Below are positions 17,575-28,266 of a stretch of DNA of 64,000 nucleotides, piece by piece. The stretch is from NCBI GenBank assembly GCA_041640655.1, contig JBEPZV010000003.1, forward strand, positions 64,001-128,000. The letters are read 5' to 3'. Numbering within the stretch: position 1 is the stretch's first letter; each line of letters begins with the position of its first letter. Source of the stretch: a bacterium. Its GTDB lineage: Bacteria; Acidobacteriota; Blastocatellia; HR10. A model generated the notes under the pieces. That model saw only the letters and a program-made list of their open reading frames with translations, was not told the origin of the DNA and did no database searches. The position numbers were made by a program, and so were the translations under genes.

Positions 17575-20500
17575 TCAGGAGCGCGGACGCTCAATGGGAC
17601 GGCCCACGAGCACCGTGGGCGCATGGAAGCGCTGAAGGGTCTCGTTCAATTTCGGCACGTCCTCGCTCAGGAGCCGATTCACCCGCTCGATCTTCTCGGC
17701 GAACTCCTGGCGCAGCTCGCCGAGGTATTCCATTTGCGCCGGCGTGGGCGCGGCGCTCGGGCCATCTATGGCGAAGAAGAGGCCGTTCAGTCGTTCCACC
17801 AATCGAGGCCCGGTCATATACGTCGGCACGTTCTGCGGACGCGCCAGCTCGTTCTGCAGCGTCTCCACCTGCTTCAGGTGTTCCGAGAGCGCTCGACTCA
17901 GTTCGGCGGGGACTTCCGCCAGGCGATCGCGAACCGTGCGCTCGATCTGCTGCAGTTGCTCACGAAGGCTATCGAGCGCGCGCAAGGCGTCGTTGGTCGC
18001 CGAGATCAGATCGCGCAGCTCGAGCCCGACCTCACGCTGCGCGCGCAGATCGGCGTCGGGGACAGAGATCGTCGGGTCCAGGCGCACCTCGACGGGTTTC
18101 TCCAGCGTCTTCTCCCCCACGATCAAGCGCACGCGGTAGGTCCCGGGCAGCACCTGCGGCCCGCGCGGCCCTCCCACGAATTCCACCTCCTCGGGGCTTG
18201 GAGGCCGGCGCACCTTCGGTCCCTCGTAGCGCAAATCCCACGCCGTGCGATTCAGCCCCTTCTCTTTCGGAATCTGCGTCAGCTCGCGGATCACTTTCCC
18301 CGCGCCGTCGAGAATCTGGATCTTCACCGTCGTCTTCTCGTCGGGCTTCTCGCGCAGATAGTACGTGATGAGTGCCCCGTACGGGGGATTCGGCCCGGTG
18401 AAGACCTTGTTCCCGATGCCGTAGCGCGTGAATCGCGTGGCGAAGCGCAGGGCCGGCCGGATATCGAACAGGTGCACGTCGCTCCTCAGGATCTCAGGGC
18501 TCATCTGTTGGATCGGCGTCGCGTCGTCGAAGATCCAGATGCTCCGTCCGTGCGTGCCCAGGATGAGGTCGTTCTCCCGCGGATGGATGAGGATGTCGTG
18601 CACGGCGACCGTGGGCAGGTTCTTCAGCCGAAGGGGGATCCAATTCGTCCCGCCCGTGTAGGAGACGTAGAGCCCGAGCTCCGTCCCGGCATAGAGCAGA
18701 TTGGGGTTCTTCGGGTCCTCGCGCACCACCCAGACGTAAGCGCCCTCCGGGAGATTCCCGCTGATATTCGTCCATGTGCGCCCGCCGTCGGCCGTCTTGA
18801 AGATGTAGGGGCGGAAGTCATCGAGCATGTGGCGATCGAAGGCGACGTACGCGACATCGGGGCTTGTGCGCGAGGGCTCCACGTGCGAGACCGGGGAGAA
18901 CGGGGGCAACCCGGGGACGTTCTTGATGACGTTGGTCCAGGTCTTCCCGCCGTCGCGCGTGACCTGGAGATTGCCATCATCGGTCCCGGCCCAGATCACG
19001 CCCGCGCGGACCGGAGATTCGGCCAGGCTGATGATCGTGCAGTGGTATTCGGCCGTCGTGTTCTCGGTCCAGACCGGGCCGCCCGCGTCTTTCTGCTTCT
19101 CCGGATCGTTCGTCGTCAGGTCGGGACTGATGACCTGCCACGTCTTGCCGAAATCGGTGGATCGGAAGACGACGTTCCCGCCGTAGTAGACCGTGTTCTT
19201 GTCGTGCGGCGAGAGCACGATGGGAGCGTTCCAATTGAAGCGATATTTCAACTCGCCCACGGGACCCCCGTCGTTGCGGCGCGCTTGCGGGCTGACGTTC
19301 TGCTGCTCCCGCGTGCGCAGGTCGGTGCGGAAGAGATTCCCCCCCTGCGACTCGGAGAGGTAGAGATTCGGGTCCTCGGGATGGGTGACCACGTGGAAGC
19401 CGTCGCCGAAGCTCACCATGATCCAATCGTCGTTCAAGATGCCCGCCGGTTCGCGCGTGCGGCTGGGACCGGTCCACGTCCCGTTGTCCTGCAGCCCGCC
19501 ACTCACCCAGTAGAAGGGCAGGCGATTGTCGGCGTGGATCTGATAGAACTGCCCGAGCGGAATGTTGTTGACGTATTCCCATGTCTCTCCGCGATCGTAG
19601 GAGACGGCGACCCCTCCGTCATTCCCCTGCCACAGGCGATACGGGTTCGTGGGATCAATCCAGAGCGTGTGGTAATCGCTGTGCGTGCGCGCGGAGATGC
19701 GACGGAACGTTCGTCCTCCGTCAATCGAGACGAAGAGATTGGACGCGATCGCGTAGACGCGATTCTCATCCCACGGGTCCACGCGCAGGTCGGCGTAGTA
19801 GAATCCGCGCGAGACGATGCGCACCTCGCGTGAGACTTCGCGGAAGGTCTCGCCGCGATCGTCGGAGCGGAAGAGCGTGCCCTCCTTGGATTCCGCGATG
19901 ACGTACACGACCTGCGGATTGCTCGGCGCGACCTTCACCCCGATGCGACCGAGCAGCTTCGGCAATCCGCGCTCGAGCTTCTTCCACGTCCGCCCGCCGT
20001 CCACGGATTTGAAGACGCCGCCCTTCTCGCTCCCGCTGCGATGCGTCCAGGGTTTGCGCTCAAAATACCACATCGCGGCGTAGAGGATGTTCGGATTGCT
20101 CGGGTCCATGTCCATATCGGAGACGCCGTGCTGCGCGTCAATATAGAGCACCTTCTGCCACGTGCGCCCACCATCGGTCGTCATGAAGACGCCCCGCTCC
20201 TCGTTGGGACCGAACGCATGACCGACGGCGCCCACATAGACGATGTCCGGATTGTGCGGGTGAATCAGGATCCGCGAGATGTGCCGCGTGTCTCGGAGGC
20301 CGAGATGTTGCCACGTCTTCCCTCCATCGGTGGATTTGTACACGCCGTCGCCGAAGGAGACGCTGTTGCGCGTGTTCGATTCGCCCGTCCCCACCCAGAT
20401 GACGTCGGGATTCTTCGGATCAATGGCGATGTCGCCGATGGAGATCGTGTTTTGCCGATCGAAGATCGGCGTCCACGTGATCCCGCCGTTGGTCGTCTTC

Positions 20501-20805
20501 CACAGCCCGCCGGAGGCGGTCGCCACGTAGACGATGTTGGGATTGCCGGGGACGCCTTCGATGTCGGTCGTGCGCCCACCCATGATGGCCGGCCCGATGT
20601 TCCGCCATTCCAAGTTCTCGAAGAGCGAAGGATCAATCTGCGGGCGCGCTTGGTCCGACGCCGGGCGCGATTGCCCAGGAGGCTCTCCAAGAGCGCGCGA
20701 GACGAATGAGAGGCTCAGGCCCATGATGAGAAGAGACACGGTGCAGCGTGGGAACCATCGCGATACCCATATGGGGCGCGAGCCCCGAAGACGGCCCTCT
20801 CGCAT
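17575..20805 (-). CDS. Secreted VPS10/sortilin-like BNR-repeat protein (putative glycosyl hydrolase)
   Basis: WRNIGP..MGGR start, many S.DGG.TW Asp-box repeats, C-terminal Ig-like and coiled region. Confidence 0.88.
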   Translation of the reverse strand: MREGRLRGSRPIWVSRWFPRCTVSLLIMGLSLSFVSRALGEPPGQSRPASDQARPQIDPSLFENLEWRNIGPAIMGGRTTDIEGVPGNPNIVYVATASGGLWKTTNGGITWTPIFDRQNTISIGDIAIDPKNPDVIWVGTGESNTRNSVSFGDGVYKSTDGGKTWQHLGLRDTRHISRILIHPHNPDIVYVGAVGHAFGPNEERGVFMTTDGGRTWQKVLYIDAQHGVSDMDMDPSNPNILYAAMWYFERKPWTHRSGSEKGGVFKSVDGGRTWKKLERGLPKLLGRIGVKVAPSNPQVVYVIAESKEGTLFRSDDRGETFREVSREVRIVSRGFYYADLRVDPWDENRVYAIASNLFVSIDGGRTFRRISARTHSDYHTLWIDPTNPYRLWQGNDGGVAVSYDRGETWEYVNNIPLGQFYQIHADNRLPFYWVSGGLQDNGTWTGPSRTREPAGILNDDWIMVSFGDGFHVVTHPEDPNLYLSESQGGNLFRTDLRTREQQNVSPQARRNDGGPVGELKYRFNWNAPIVLSPHDKNTVYYGGNVVFRSTDFGKTWQVISPDLTTNDPEKQKDAGGPVWTENTTAEYHCTIISLAESPVRAGVIWAGTDDGNLQVTRDGGKTWTNVIKNVPGLPPFSPVSHVEPSRTSPDVAYVAFDRHMLDDFRPYIFKTADGGRTWTNISGNLPEGAYVWVVREDPKNPNLLYAGTELGLYVSYTGGTNWIPLRLKNLPTVAVHDILIHPRENDLILGTHGRSIWIFDDATPIQQMSPEILRSDVHLFDIRPALRFATRFTRYGIGNKVFTGPNPPYGALITYYLREKPDEKTTVKIQILDGAGKVIRELTQIPKEKGLNRTAWDLRYEGPKVRRPPSPEEVEFVGGPRGPQVLPGTYRVRLIVGEKTLEKPVEVRLDPTISVPDADLRAQREVGLELRDLISATNDALRALDSLREQLQQIERTVRDRLAEVPAELSRALSEHLKQVETLQNELARPQNVPTYMTGPRLVERLNGLFFAIDGPSAAPTPAQMEYLGELRQEFAEKIERVNRLLSEDVPKLNETLQRFHAPTVLVGRPIERPRS

Positions 20806-20851
20806 ACTCTCTTCCTCCTCTTCGAAATGTTCGATCCCCGAGCCGGGGCCA

Positions 20852-20881
20852 ATTCTATGAGGCGCGCTTCGCTGTGGTCAA
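20852..20881 (-). promoter_or_regulatory. Putative sigma70 promoter of the VPS10-like gene
   Basis: Minus strand TTGACC-N18-TAGAAT upstream of a GAGGAGG RBS. Confidence 0.5.
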
Positions 20882-21132
20882 GTACAGGTGACGGTGAACC
20901 CATGGATGCGTATCGCATGGAGCGATCAGGAGCGAGCTCCGTCGGCGTGGATCCCTTCGCCCGCGCGAGCTGGCCAGTGAATCCCTTTGAGATCACCCTT
21001 GCCACAGAGAACCTGCCCAGCAGGCGCCCGAATATAGCTCGGGGCGAGTGCGGCGAGCCCTGGAACACGAAGGGGGGCGGCCCATCGCATGGGCACACGC
21101 GGCGAATAGCTTCGACCGCGCGCTCACTTCCC

Positions 21133-22779
21133 TCATCCGGGGAGGGGGGTGGGCCTGAAGATGCGGAAGGTCCGGGTGAGTTCCTCGCGATAGGCGGTGA
21201 TCTCTTCCTGCACGCGCGATTCCTCCCAGCCGAGATGGGCTCCCATCAGGCGCGCGGCGGCCGGAGCGCAGCTCAGGCCCAGGCAGCGACTCCAACCGAT
21301 GGCCGTGCGCCGCAGGAAGATGTCGGCCAGGCGCGCGGCATGCTCGCGTTCGAGCGCGTAGAGGATCTGAGCGCGAATGTCGGGATGGTGCGGGCAGAGG
21401 CGTTCGCCGAGGGTGCGGTCCGATTCCACGAGGGCGAGGACTTCCGCACTCAGGCTCCCGTACACCTCCATGAGCTGCGCGGCCGAATCCGCCGCAACGC
21501 CGAGGTCTCGCGCCGCTCTCAGGATCTCGGAGGGGGCGAAGGTTGCCCCTCCGGGCAAAGGCTCCAGACGCTCGCTCGCGACGCGCGCGCGTTCGCTCTC
21601 CGGGAGCCGGAGCTTTCGGCAGGCGAGCGTCACGACCTCTTCGGCGAGATGCCGATAGGGGGTGATCTTCCCTCCGATGATGGAGAGGAACCCGGCGATC
21701 CCATCCTCGCGCTCGTGATCGCGAATGATGTGGCGGCGCGTGATCGCGCCTTCGGGCACGCCCGGTCGGTATGGAAGTGGGCGCACGCCGGAATAGGCGT
21801 ACTGCACGTCTTCGCGTCGAAGGCGCGGGCCGAGCAGCCGGCGCGCTTCGTTCAAGAGATACGCGATCTCCTCATCGTCAGCGCGCACGTCGTTGGCATC
21901 GCCCTCATATCGGATGTCCGTTGTGCCGATGAGCACGCTGTCTCTCCAGGGCACGATGAAGAAGGGCCGTCCATCGGCGCGCGCGGCTGCATAGAGGGCG
22001 TGGCGCAAGGCCCACGTGTTGGGGAGGACGAGGTGGCTGCCTTTGGTCCCGCCGATGAACCGGGGCATCGGGCGCGGAAGCCGTCGGCACACGGCATCCA
22101 CCCACGGGCCGGCGGCATTGATCACCAAGCGCGCGCGGACCCGGACCTCTGCGCCGCTCATTCGATCTCGCACCCACGCGCCGCGCACAGCCCCATCTTC
22201 GACGAGCAGCTCGGTGACCTCGGCATAGTTGAACACGTCGGCGCCCTGCTCTTCGGCTGCGCGAACGTTCTCGATGACGAGGCGCTCGGGATACATCACT
22301 TGCGCATCGAAATAGAGAAAAGCGGCGCGCACATCATCGAGCACCAGCGCCGGTTCCCGCGCGCGCACATCGGCGAGCGAGAGTCGGTGATGCGCGGGCA
22401 GACTCTTGCCGAGCGCGAGCAGATCGTACAGCGTCAATCCGAGCCGAACGCTGAGCGGCCGATAGGGGCCGCCGCGGTGAATGAGGATGAGGAAGGGAAG
22501 GGGACGGACCAGGTGAGGGGCCAGACGCAGCAGCGCCTCGCGTTCGCGCAACGATTCGAAGACCAGGCCGAATTCCCCATGCTCCAGATACCGCAAGCCT
22601 CCGTGAATGAGCTTGGTCGAACGGCTCGTCGTCCCGCTGCCGAAATCGTGGCGTTCGAGGAGCAGCGTCGCCAACCCGCGTCGCGCCGCTTCGTGCGCGA
22701 TGCCCGCTCCGTTGATCCCCCCGCCGATGATGAGGAGATCGTAGGTTCGCTCGCTCACCCGGCGCAGGCGATGGATCAT
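21133..22779 (-). CDS. glpD: FAD-dependent glycerol-3-phosphate dehydrogenase
   Basis: DLLIIGGGINGAG, SGTTSRSTKLIHGGLRYLE, INAAGPW, KGSHL, IGTTD, GGKIT; start at MIHRL. Confidence 0.95.
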   Translation of the reverse strand: MIHRLRRVSERTYDLLIIGGGINGAGIAHEAARRGLATLLLERHDFGSGTTSRSTKLIHGGLRYLEHGEFGLVFESLREREALLRLAPHLVRPLPFLILIHRGGPYRPLSVRLGLTLYDLLALGKSLPAHHRLSLADVRAREPALVLDDVRAAFLYFDAQVMYPERLVIENVRAAEEQGADVFNYAEVTELLVEDGAVRGAWVRDRMSGAEVRVRARLVINAAGPWVDAVCRRLPRPMPRFIGGTKGSHLVLPNTWALRHALYAAARADGRPFFIVPWRDSVLIGTTDIRYEGDANDVRADDEEIAYLLNEARRLLGPRLRREDVQYAYSGVRPLPYRPGVPEGAITRRHIIRDHEREDGIAGFLSIIGGKITPYRHLAEEVVTLACRKLRLPESERARVASERLEPLPGGATFAPSEILRAARDLGVAADSAAQLMEVYGSLSAEVLALVESDRTLGERLCPHHPDIRAQILYALEREHAARLADIFLRRTAIGWSRCLGLSCAPAAARLMGAHLGWEESRVQEEITAYREELTRTFRIFRPTPLPG

Positions 22780-22813
22780 TTCCGCCGAGCCTCCCCCATG
22801 GGGACTTGCGTCT

Positions 22814-24313
22814 TCACCTCCCTTCGCGTTCCGCCCAGGCGCGGGCGCGCTCAACAGCGCGCTTCCATCCGCGATAGAGCGCTTCGCGTTCGTCCGCCGG
22901 CATCTGCGGCAGGAAGCGGCGTTCCATCTGCCAGTGGCGCGCGATCTCCTCCGTGTTCCTCCAGATCCCGACGGCCAGTCCGGCCAGGTAGGCGGCTCCG
23001 AGAGCCGTCGTCTCCGTGATCGCCGGTCGAACCACGGGCCGGCCAAGGAGATCGGCCTGGATCTGCAGCAAGAGATCATTGCGCGCTGCGCCCCCATCGG
23101 CCCGTAACTCCTGCAGCGCGATTGCTGAACTCTCTTCCATCGCCTCAATGACATCGCGAACCTGGAAGGCGATGGCTTCAAGGGTCGCGCGCGCCAGATG
23201 CGCGCGATGTGTGCTTCGCGTGATGCCGAGGATCGCTCCTCGCGCGTACATGTCCCAGTAAGGGGCTCCCAAGCCCACGAAGGCCGGAACGATGTAGACC
23301 CCTTCGCTCGACGGCACGGTGCGGGCCAGCTCTTCCACTTCATCCGTCGAGCGGATGATCCCCAGTCCATCGCGCAGCCACTGCACGGCGGCTCCGGCGA
23401 TGAAGATGCTCCCTTCGAGGGCATATCGCATGCCCTCGCGCAATCCGACGGCGATGGTCGTCAGAATGCCGTGGCGCGCGGGCACGGGGGTCGAACCCGT
23501 CTGCAAGAGCACGAAGCACCCCGTTCCATAGGTGGCCTTCGCCATGCCGGGATGAAAACACGCTTGGCCGAAGAGCGCCGCCTGTTGGTCGCCGGCGTTC
23601 CCGGCGATCGGAATCGGTGCGCCGAAGATCGCGCGCTCGGTCTCTCCATAGACCTCGCTCGAGGCGCGCACCTCCGGCAGCAACTCGCGCGGGATGTCGA
23701 GCCGCTGCCGGATCTCTTCATCCCAAGCGCACGCGTGGATGTTATAGAGCATCGTGCGCGAAGCATTCGAGGGATCGGTCACATGCACGCGACCGCCGGT
23801 GAGCTTCCAGATCAACCACGTGTCCACTGTCCCGAAGCATAACTGGCCGCGCCGCGCCCGCTCGCGCGCTCCGGGGACGTGGTCCAGGAGCCATCGGATC
23901 TTCGTCCCGGAGAAATAGGCATCGAGCACCAGGCCCGTGCGCTCCAGGATCACGCGATCGAATCCCTCTCGGCGCAAGTCCTCGCAGAGTGGGGCCGTGC
24001 GCCGACATTGCCAGACGATGGCGTTGTGAATGGGCCGACCCGTCGTTCGCTCCCAGAGGATCGTCGTCTCGCGCTGATTCGTGATCCCGATGGCCGCGAC
24101 TTCCGACGGCGCGATCCTCGCGATGCGGAGCGCCTCCCGAGCGGCCTCCCGCTGCGAATCCCAAATCTCCTCGGGATCATGTTCGACCCATCCGGGGCGC
24201 GGATAGATTTGGTGGAACTCGCGTTGGGCGAAACCGCGAATCCCTCCCTCGATGTCGAAGAGAAGAGCGCGCGAACTCGACGTCCCTTGATCCAGAGCCA
24301 GGATGTAGCTCAC
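22814..24313 (-). CDS. glpK: Glycerol kinase
   Basis: [57 protein letters not shown]. Confidence 0.98.
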   Translation of the reverse strand: MSYILALDQGTSSSRALLFDIEGGIRGFAQREFHQIYPRPGWVEHDPEEIWDSQREAAREALRIARIAPSEVAAIGITNQRETTILWERTTGRPIHNAIVWQCRRTAPLCEDLRREGFDRVILERTGLVLDAYFSGTKIRWLLDHVPGARERARRGQLCFGTVDTWLIWKLTGGRVHVTDPSNASRTMLYNIHACAWDEEIRQRLDIPRELLPEVRASSEVYGETERAIFGAPIPIAGNAGDQQAALFGQACFHPGMAKATYGTGCFVLLQTGSTPVPARHGILTTIAVGLREGMRYALEGSIFIAGAAVQWLRDGLGIIRSTDEVEELARTVPSSEGVYIVPAFVGLGAPYWDMYARGAILGITRSTHRAHLARATLEAIAFQVRDVIEAMEESSAIALQELRADGGAARNDLLLQIQADLLGRPVVRPAITETTALGAAYLAGLAVGIWRNTEEIARHWQMERRFLPQMPADEREALYRGWKRAVERARAWAEREGR

Positions 24314-24335
24314 GACCGTCCCTCCCCTCGGTCTT

Positions 24336-25736
24336 TCACCGACCGGATGAATCCGAATCCGACCCTCCCAGATGGCGACGAATCACTTCGGCTAAGGTCA
24401 TGACGACCTCGCGCACGAGATGTTCGCTCTCGGCTTCGGCCATCACGCGCGCGACCGGCTCCGTCCCCGAATATCGGACGAGCACGCGCCCGCGTTCGCC
24501 CAGCCGCGCTCGCGCTTCCGCTACAGCGTGGGGGAATCCGGGAATCGTCTCCAGCGGCGGCTTCTCTCGAACGCGCACGTTGACGATGCACTGCGGGTAG
24601 CGCGTGAACCCGTGGCGCAACTCGGCGAGGTCGCGCCCGGTCTCCCGCATGACGTTCAGGACGATGAGCGCCGTGAGCAGACCGTCACCTGTCGAGCTGA
24701 TCTCCGGCAGGATGAGGTGTCCCGACGGTTCTCCGCCCAGCGAGGCTCCTCGTTCCCGCAATTGCTCCAGCACATACCGATCCCCCACTTTCGTCCGCAC
24801 AAGCGCGATCCCTCGCCGCGCGAGCGCTTGCTCCAGACCGAAGTTCGTCATCTCCGTTCCGACGACCACATCCCCCCGCAATCGTCCGCGCTCTTGAAGA
24901 TACGTGGCGAGGATGTAGAGCAGGTCATCGCCGTCGAGGATCTCCCCCGCTCGATTCACGAAGATGACGCGGTCCGCGTCCCCATCCACAGCCAGCCCCA
25001 CATCGCATCCGCGCTCCCGGACGATGCGACGCACCGTCTCGGGATGGAGCGATCCGCACTCATGGTTGATATTGCGCCCGTCAGGAGCGACGCCCACGGC
25101 TTCGACCTGCGCGCCCAGCTCTTCCAGAAGTCGAGGGCCGAGCCGATAGGCCGCTCCATGCGCGCCGTCAAAGCCCACGCGCCATCCCGCGAGCGGTCGT
25201 CTCTCCGAAGTCCCCATCGCGCGCTCGCGCAAGAAGTGGAGATATTCGGTGGCGAAGCGCTCGGTCTCCGGCGACAGTAGCTCCTCTGGGGCCACCGGCA
25301 CTTCCCGACATCGCGCTTCGACATCCGGATCGGGCGCGAGCGCCGCGATCTCGCGCTCGATGGCCGCCTCCTGCTCGTCGTCGAGTTTCATCCCGCGGGC
25401 GGAGAAGATCTTGATCCCATTGTCGGGATACGGGTTGTGCGAAGCGGAGATGACGACCCCGGCATCCAGCTCCGCATGAGCGCGCACGAGATAGGCGATG
25501 CCGGGCGTCGTGAAGATCCCGGCGCTCACCACATCGCCTCCGGCTGCGCGCACGCCGGCAACGAGCAGGCGTCCGATCCAGGGGCCGGACTCCCGCGTAT
25601 CGCGCCCAAGGAGTACCCGCAGCGGCCGGCCCAGTACACGCACAAGGGCCATCCCGCAGGCGAAGATCGTCCGCTCGTCCAGGGGATACTCGCCCGCGAT
25701 CCCCCGAATCCCATCCGTTCCGAAGAGTCGAGCCAT
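24336..25736 (-). CDS. glmM: Phosphoglucosamine mutase
   Basis: [36 protein letters not shown]; lies after cdaA-cdaR. Confidence 0.95.
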   Translation of the reverse strand: MARLFGTDGIRGIAGEYPLDERTIFACGMALVRVLGRPLRVLLGRDTRESGPWIGRLLVAGVRAAGGDVVSAGIFTTPGIAYLVRAHAELDAGVVISASHNPYPDNGIKIFSARGMKLDDEQEAAIEREIAALAPDPDVEARCREVPVAPEELLSPETERFATEYLHFLRERAMGTSERRPLAGWRVGFDGAHGAAYRLGPRLLEELGAQVEAVGVAPDGRNINHECGSLHPETVRRIVRERGCDVGLAVDGDADRVIFVNRAGEILDGDDLLYILATYLQERGRLRGDVVVGTEMTNFGLEQALARRGIALVRTKVGDRYVLEQLRERGASLGGEPSGHLILPEISSTGDGLLTALIVLNVMRETGRDLAELRHGFTRYPQCIVNVRVREKPPLETIPGFPHAVAEARARLGERGRVLVRYSGTEPVARVMAEAESEHLVREVVMTLAEVIRRHLGGSDSDSSGR

Positions 25737-25772
25737 CGTTCCTCCTCTCGCGCGATCTCGATGACGGCCTCG

Positions 25773-26765
25773 CTATCTCCATCGAACCCTCACGCGCTCG
25801 GGCTCGCACCGCACGACGCTCGCGCGCGAGCCGGCGGGGAGGCGCACCAGCGGAACGACTTCCTGTTCCCCATCGCGCGCGGCGAGCGCCTGCAGCGCCT
25901 CTTCCGGGAGCGTCGCGATGATCTCCTGCTCCTCAAGCGCTTGTACCGTGGAACGCGGCCCTCGCACAAGGACATCCACAACCTGGGGAGTGATCACTAT
26001 CCGTCGCCGCACCGCTTGGGCGATGAGGATCGGACGTTGGGGGAAGCGTCGCTCCATCACCTCCTCGACCAGCACCGTGACCGTGGCTTCTCGCGGAACG
26101 ATGCGGATGGCTTCGGAGCCCGCGGGTTCAAGGGGCACAGTGACCGTGAGCGAGGAGTTCACTCCCCCGAGCGCGATCGCGCGCGTCGGGATCTCCTCCA
26201 ATTGGTTCACCCATGCCTCTGGGCCCGTGACTTGCGCGCGCTCCGGCTTCACCGCGTATCCCGTCACCGTGTAATTCGGCGGGAGCGATCGCTCATCCAG
26301 ACGGGGACGGATGGGCACCTCGCGCGTGATCTCTCGCTGCACCTCGATGGGGAGGGTCGGGGGATCAATGCGCAGGACTTCGATCCCGGCAGGTCGTCGG
26401 ACGAGGCGCTCATCGAGCGTGAGGACATGCCGCCCCGGCGTCAGGTGGCTCACGTCCACCAAGATCGAGAGATCCTCCGGTTTGAGTTGAGCGATCTGAC
26501 TGGCCGGTCCGCGCACGCGCACATCCACGACACGATAGGCCAGCCCCGTCACCAGAAGGTCCGATGGCTCGCGCCGCACGCGCACGGGGACATTGTAGAG
26601 CACCACGTCGCGCCGCGCATGTTCGGAGGAGACGGCGAACCACAGCAGCAGCGCCCCGACGATGGAGATGAGCTTCAGCCAGAAATTGACCACGATCGCC
26701 CGTCGGAGCGCGTCCTTCAGGAGCATGCCCGCTGGCCGTCCTTGTCTCGATGTCTCCCCTATCAT
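25773..26765 (-). CDS. cdaR: CdaR/YbbR family diadenylate cyclase regulator
   Basis: N-terminal TM (NFWLKLISIVGALLLWF), YbbR repeats (V.VRGP, V.V.GP); position between cdaA and glmM. Confidence 0.88.
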   Translation of the reverse strand: MIGETSRQGRPAGMLLKDALRRAIVVNFWLKLISIVGALLLWFAVSSEHARRDVVLYNVPVRVRREPSDLLVTGLAYRVVDVRVRGPASQIAQLKPEDLSILVDVSHLTPGRHVLTLDERLVRRPAGIEVLRIDPPTLPIEVQREITREVPIRPRLDERSLPPNYTVTGYAVKPERAQVTGPEAWVNQLEEIPTRAIALGGVNSSLTVTVPLEPAGSEAIRIVPREATVTVLVEEVMERRFPQRPILIAQAVRRRIVITPQVVDVLVRGPRSTVQALEEQEIIATLPEEALQALAARDGEQEVVPLVRLPAGSRASVVRCEPERVRVRWR

Positions 26766-26784
26766 GCCCGATCGGTGCGCGCGC

Positions 26785-27600
26785 TCACGCCGTCAGCTCG
26801 CGCAAGCCCCGACGTGGCTCCACGAGCGACGTGCGAAGGAAATGGCGCAGCCGCGTCGCATCCAGGTGCCGATAGATGTGTCCTTCCGCCACGAACGAGA
26901 TGATCCCCGTCTCCTCGGAGACGACAATGGCGACGGCATCCGTATCCTCGGTGATGCCGATGGCCGCGCGATGGCGCGTGCCCAACTCCTTGGAGAGTTG
27001 CGGATTCAGCGTGAGGGGCAGGAAACAACTGGCCGCCACCAGGCGATCCCCGCGAATGATGACGGCGCCATCATGGAGCGGGGCGCGCGGATTAAAGATG
27101 GAGACCAGAAGGTCGTAGGAGACCCGCGCATCCAGCCGCACGCCCGTCTCGATGAAGTTGTGCAAGCCGATGGTGCGCTCGAAGACGATCAGCGCGCCGA
27201 TGCGCTCGGCCGCGAGCGTCGTGACGGCCAGGATCACCTCTTCGAACAACTGCTCGTACTCCACGCGCCGGAGTCCGCGCCCGCCGAAGGGGCGGGGCCA
27301 GTACCGCCCGAACTGGATGAGCGCCGTGCGAATTTCGTTCTGGAAGATGACGATGACCGCAATCCCGACGTAGAGCATCGCGTTCCGCAGCACGAATTCG
27401 AGCGTGTAGAGCTGCGCCCATGTCGCCAGCAGGTAGAGCAGCCCCAGCGCCACGAGCCCATAGACCATCTGGACGGCGCGCGTGTCCTTGATCAGCTTCA
27501 GGATGCCGTAGATGAGCAGAGCCACGAGCGCGATGTCGGCGACTTCGCGCCCGCTCAGATGTGCGGCGGCATCCCAGAAGGCCTTCAGCTCTGCGCCCAT
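26785..27600 (-). CDS. cdaA: Membrane diadenylate cyclase CdaA/DacA
   Basis: Three TM segments, IFQNEIR, PLHDGAVII (DGA) and LGTRHRAAIG (RHR) catalytic motifs. Confidence 0.96.
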   Translation of the reverse strand: MGAELKAFWDAAAHLSGREVADIALVALLIYGILKLIKDTRAVQMVYGLVALGLLYLLATWAQLYTLEFVLRNAMLYVGIAVIVIFQNEIRTALIQFGRYWPRPFGGRGLRRVEYEQLFEEVILAVTTLAAERIGALIVFERTIGLHNFIETGVRLDARVSYDLLVSIFNPRAPLHDGAVIIRGDRLVAASCFLPLTLNPQLSKELGTRHRAAIGITEDTDAVAIVVSEETGIISFVAEGHIYRHLDATRLRHFLRTSLVEPRRGLRELTA

Positions 27601-27711
27601 ATGCGTCGCCTCTTCGCTCGAGAGGTTCCCACTGAGGGAGCACCTCGATGGAGAAGGGAGGAGAACGATCCTCATGGGCTCTCGCGATCTCCCCCACCGC
27701 GCGAGAGCCGG

Positions 27712-28143
27712 TCACGCGCCTTCGACGATCTCCACGGCCACCGCTTCGACCTTCCCGGAGATGATCCGGTAAGCGCGAAGGTCCAGCGCGGGCTGGAGCG
27801 AAATTATAAAATAGACGGCCTCCGGATAGTAAGCCCGCTCGATGTCCGTCGCCGAGGGAGAGGCTGCCGAGGTCGGATGCGAGTGATAGATGCCGAGCAG
27901 TTCCTCCCCGCGCGTTCGCATCGTGCGAAACGCCGCGAGCACCTCGCGCACGTCGGCGAAGTATTCGACCAGGGGGCGTTCGGCCACGTTGCGCAGGGGA
28001 TAGAGGGCGTGGATGAGGTCCCCGCGTCCGGCCAGGAATCCGCAGCACTCATAGGGGGCGGCCGCGCGCGCCTCCCGTTCGAGTCGTTCCACGATGGTTC
28101 GCGTGACGCGGATGCGATGCTGCGCGCTCGTTGCGGTCGTCAC
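27712..28143 (-). CDS. JAB/Mov34 (M67) metallopeptidase
   Basis: PYECCGFL plus IYHSHP....PSATD JAMM motif; GTG start after GGAGG. Confidence 0.92.
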   Translation of the reverse strand: MTTATSAQHRIRVTRTIVERLEREARAAAPYECCGFLAGRGDLIHALYPLRNVAERPLVEYFADVREVLAAFRTMRTRGEELLGIYHSHPTSAASPSATDIERAYYPEAVYFIISLQPALDLRAYRIISGKVEAVAVEIVEGA

Positions 28144-28266
28144 TTCTGCCTCCCGCCGTCTTCGATGGCCGAATGGAACGGGAGATCCATTCGGGAGGAG
28201 CGGCCACAGGCGTCGCGCGTCCGATCTCCTTCGCCGCCGCATCCCGCCAACCCGCGCATGTTCTCC

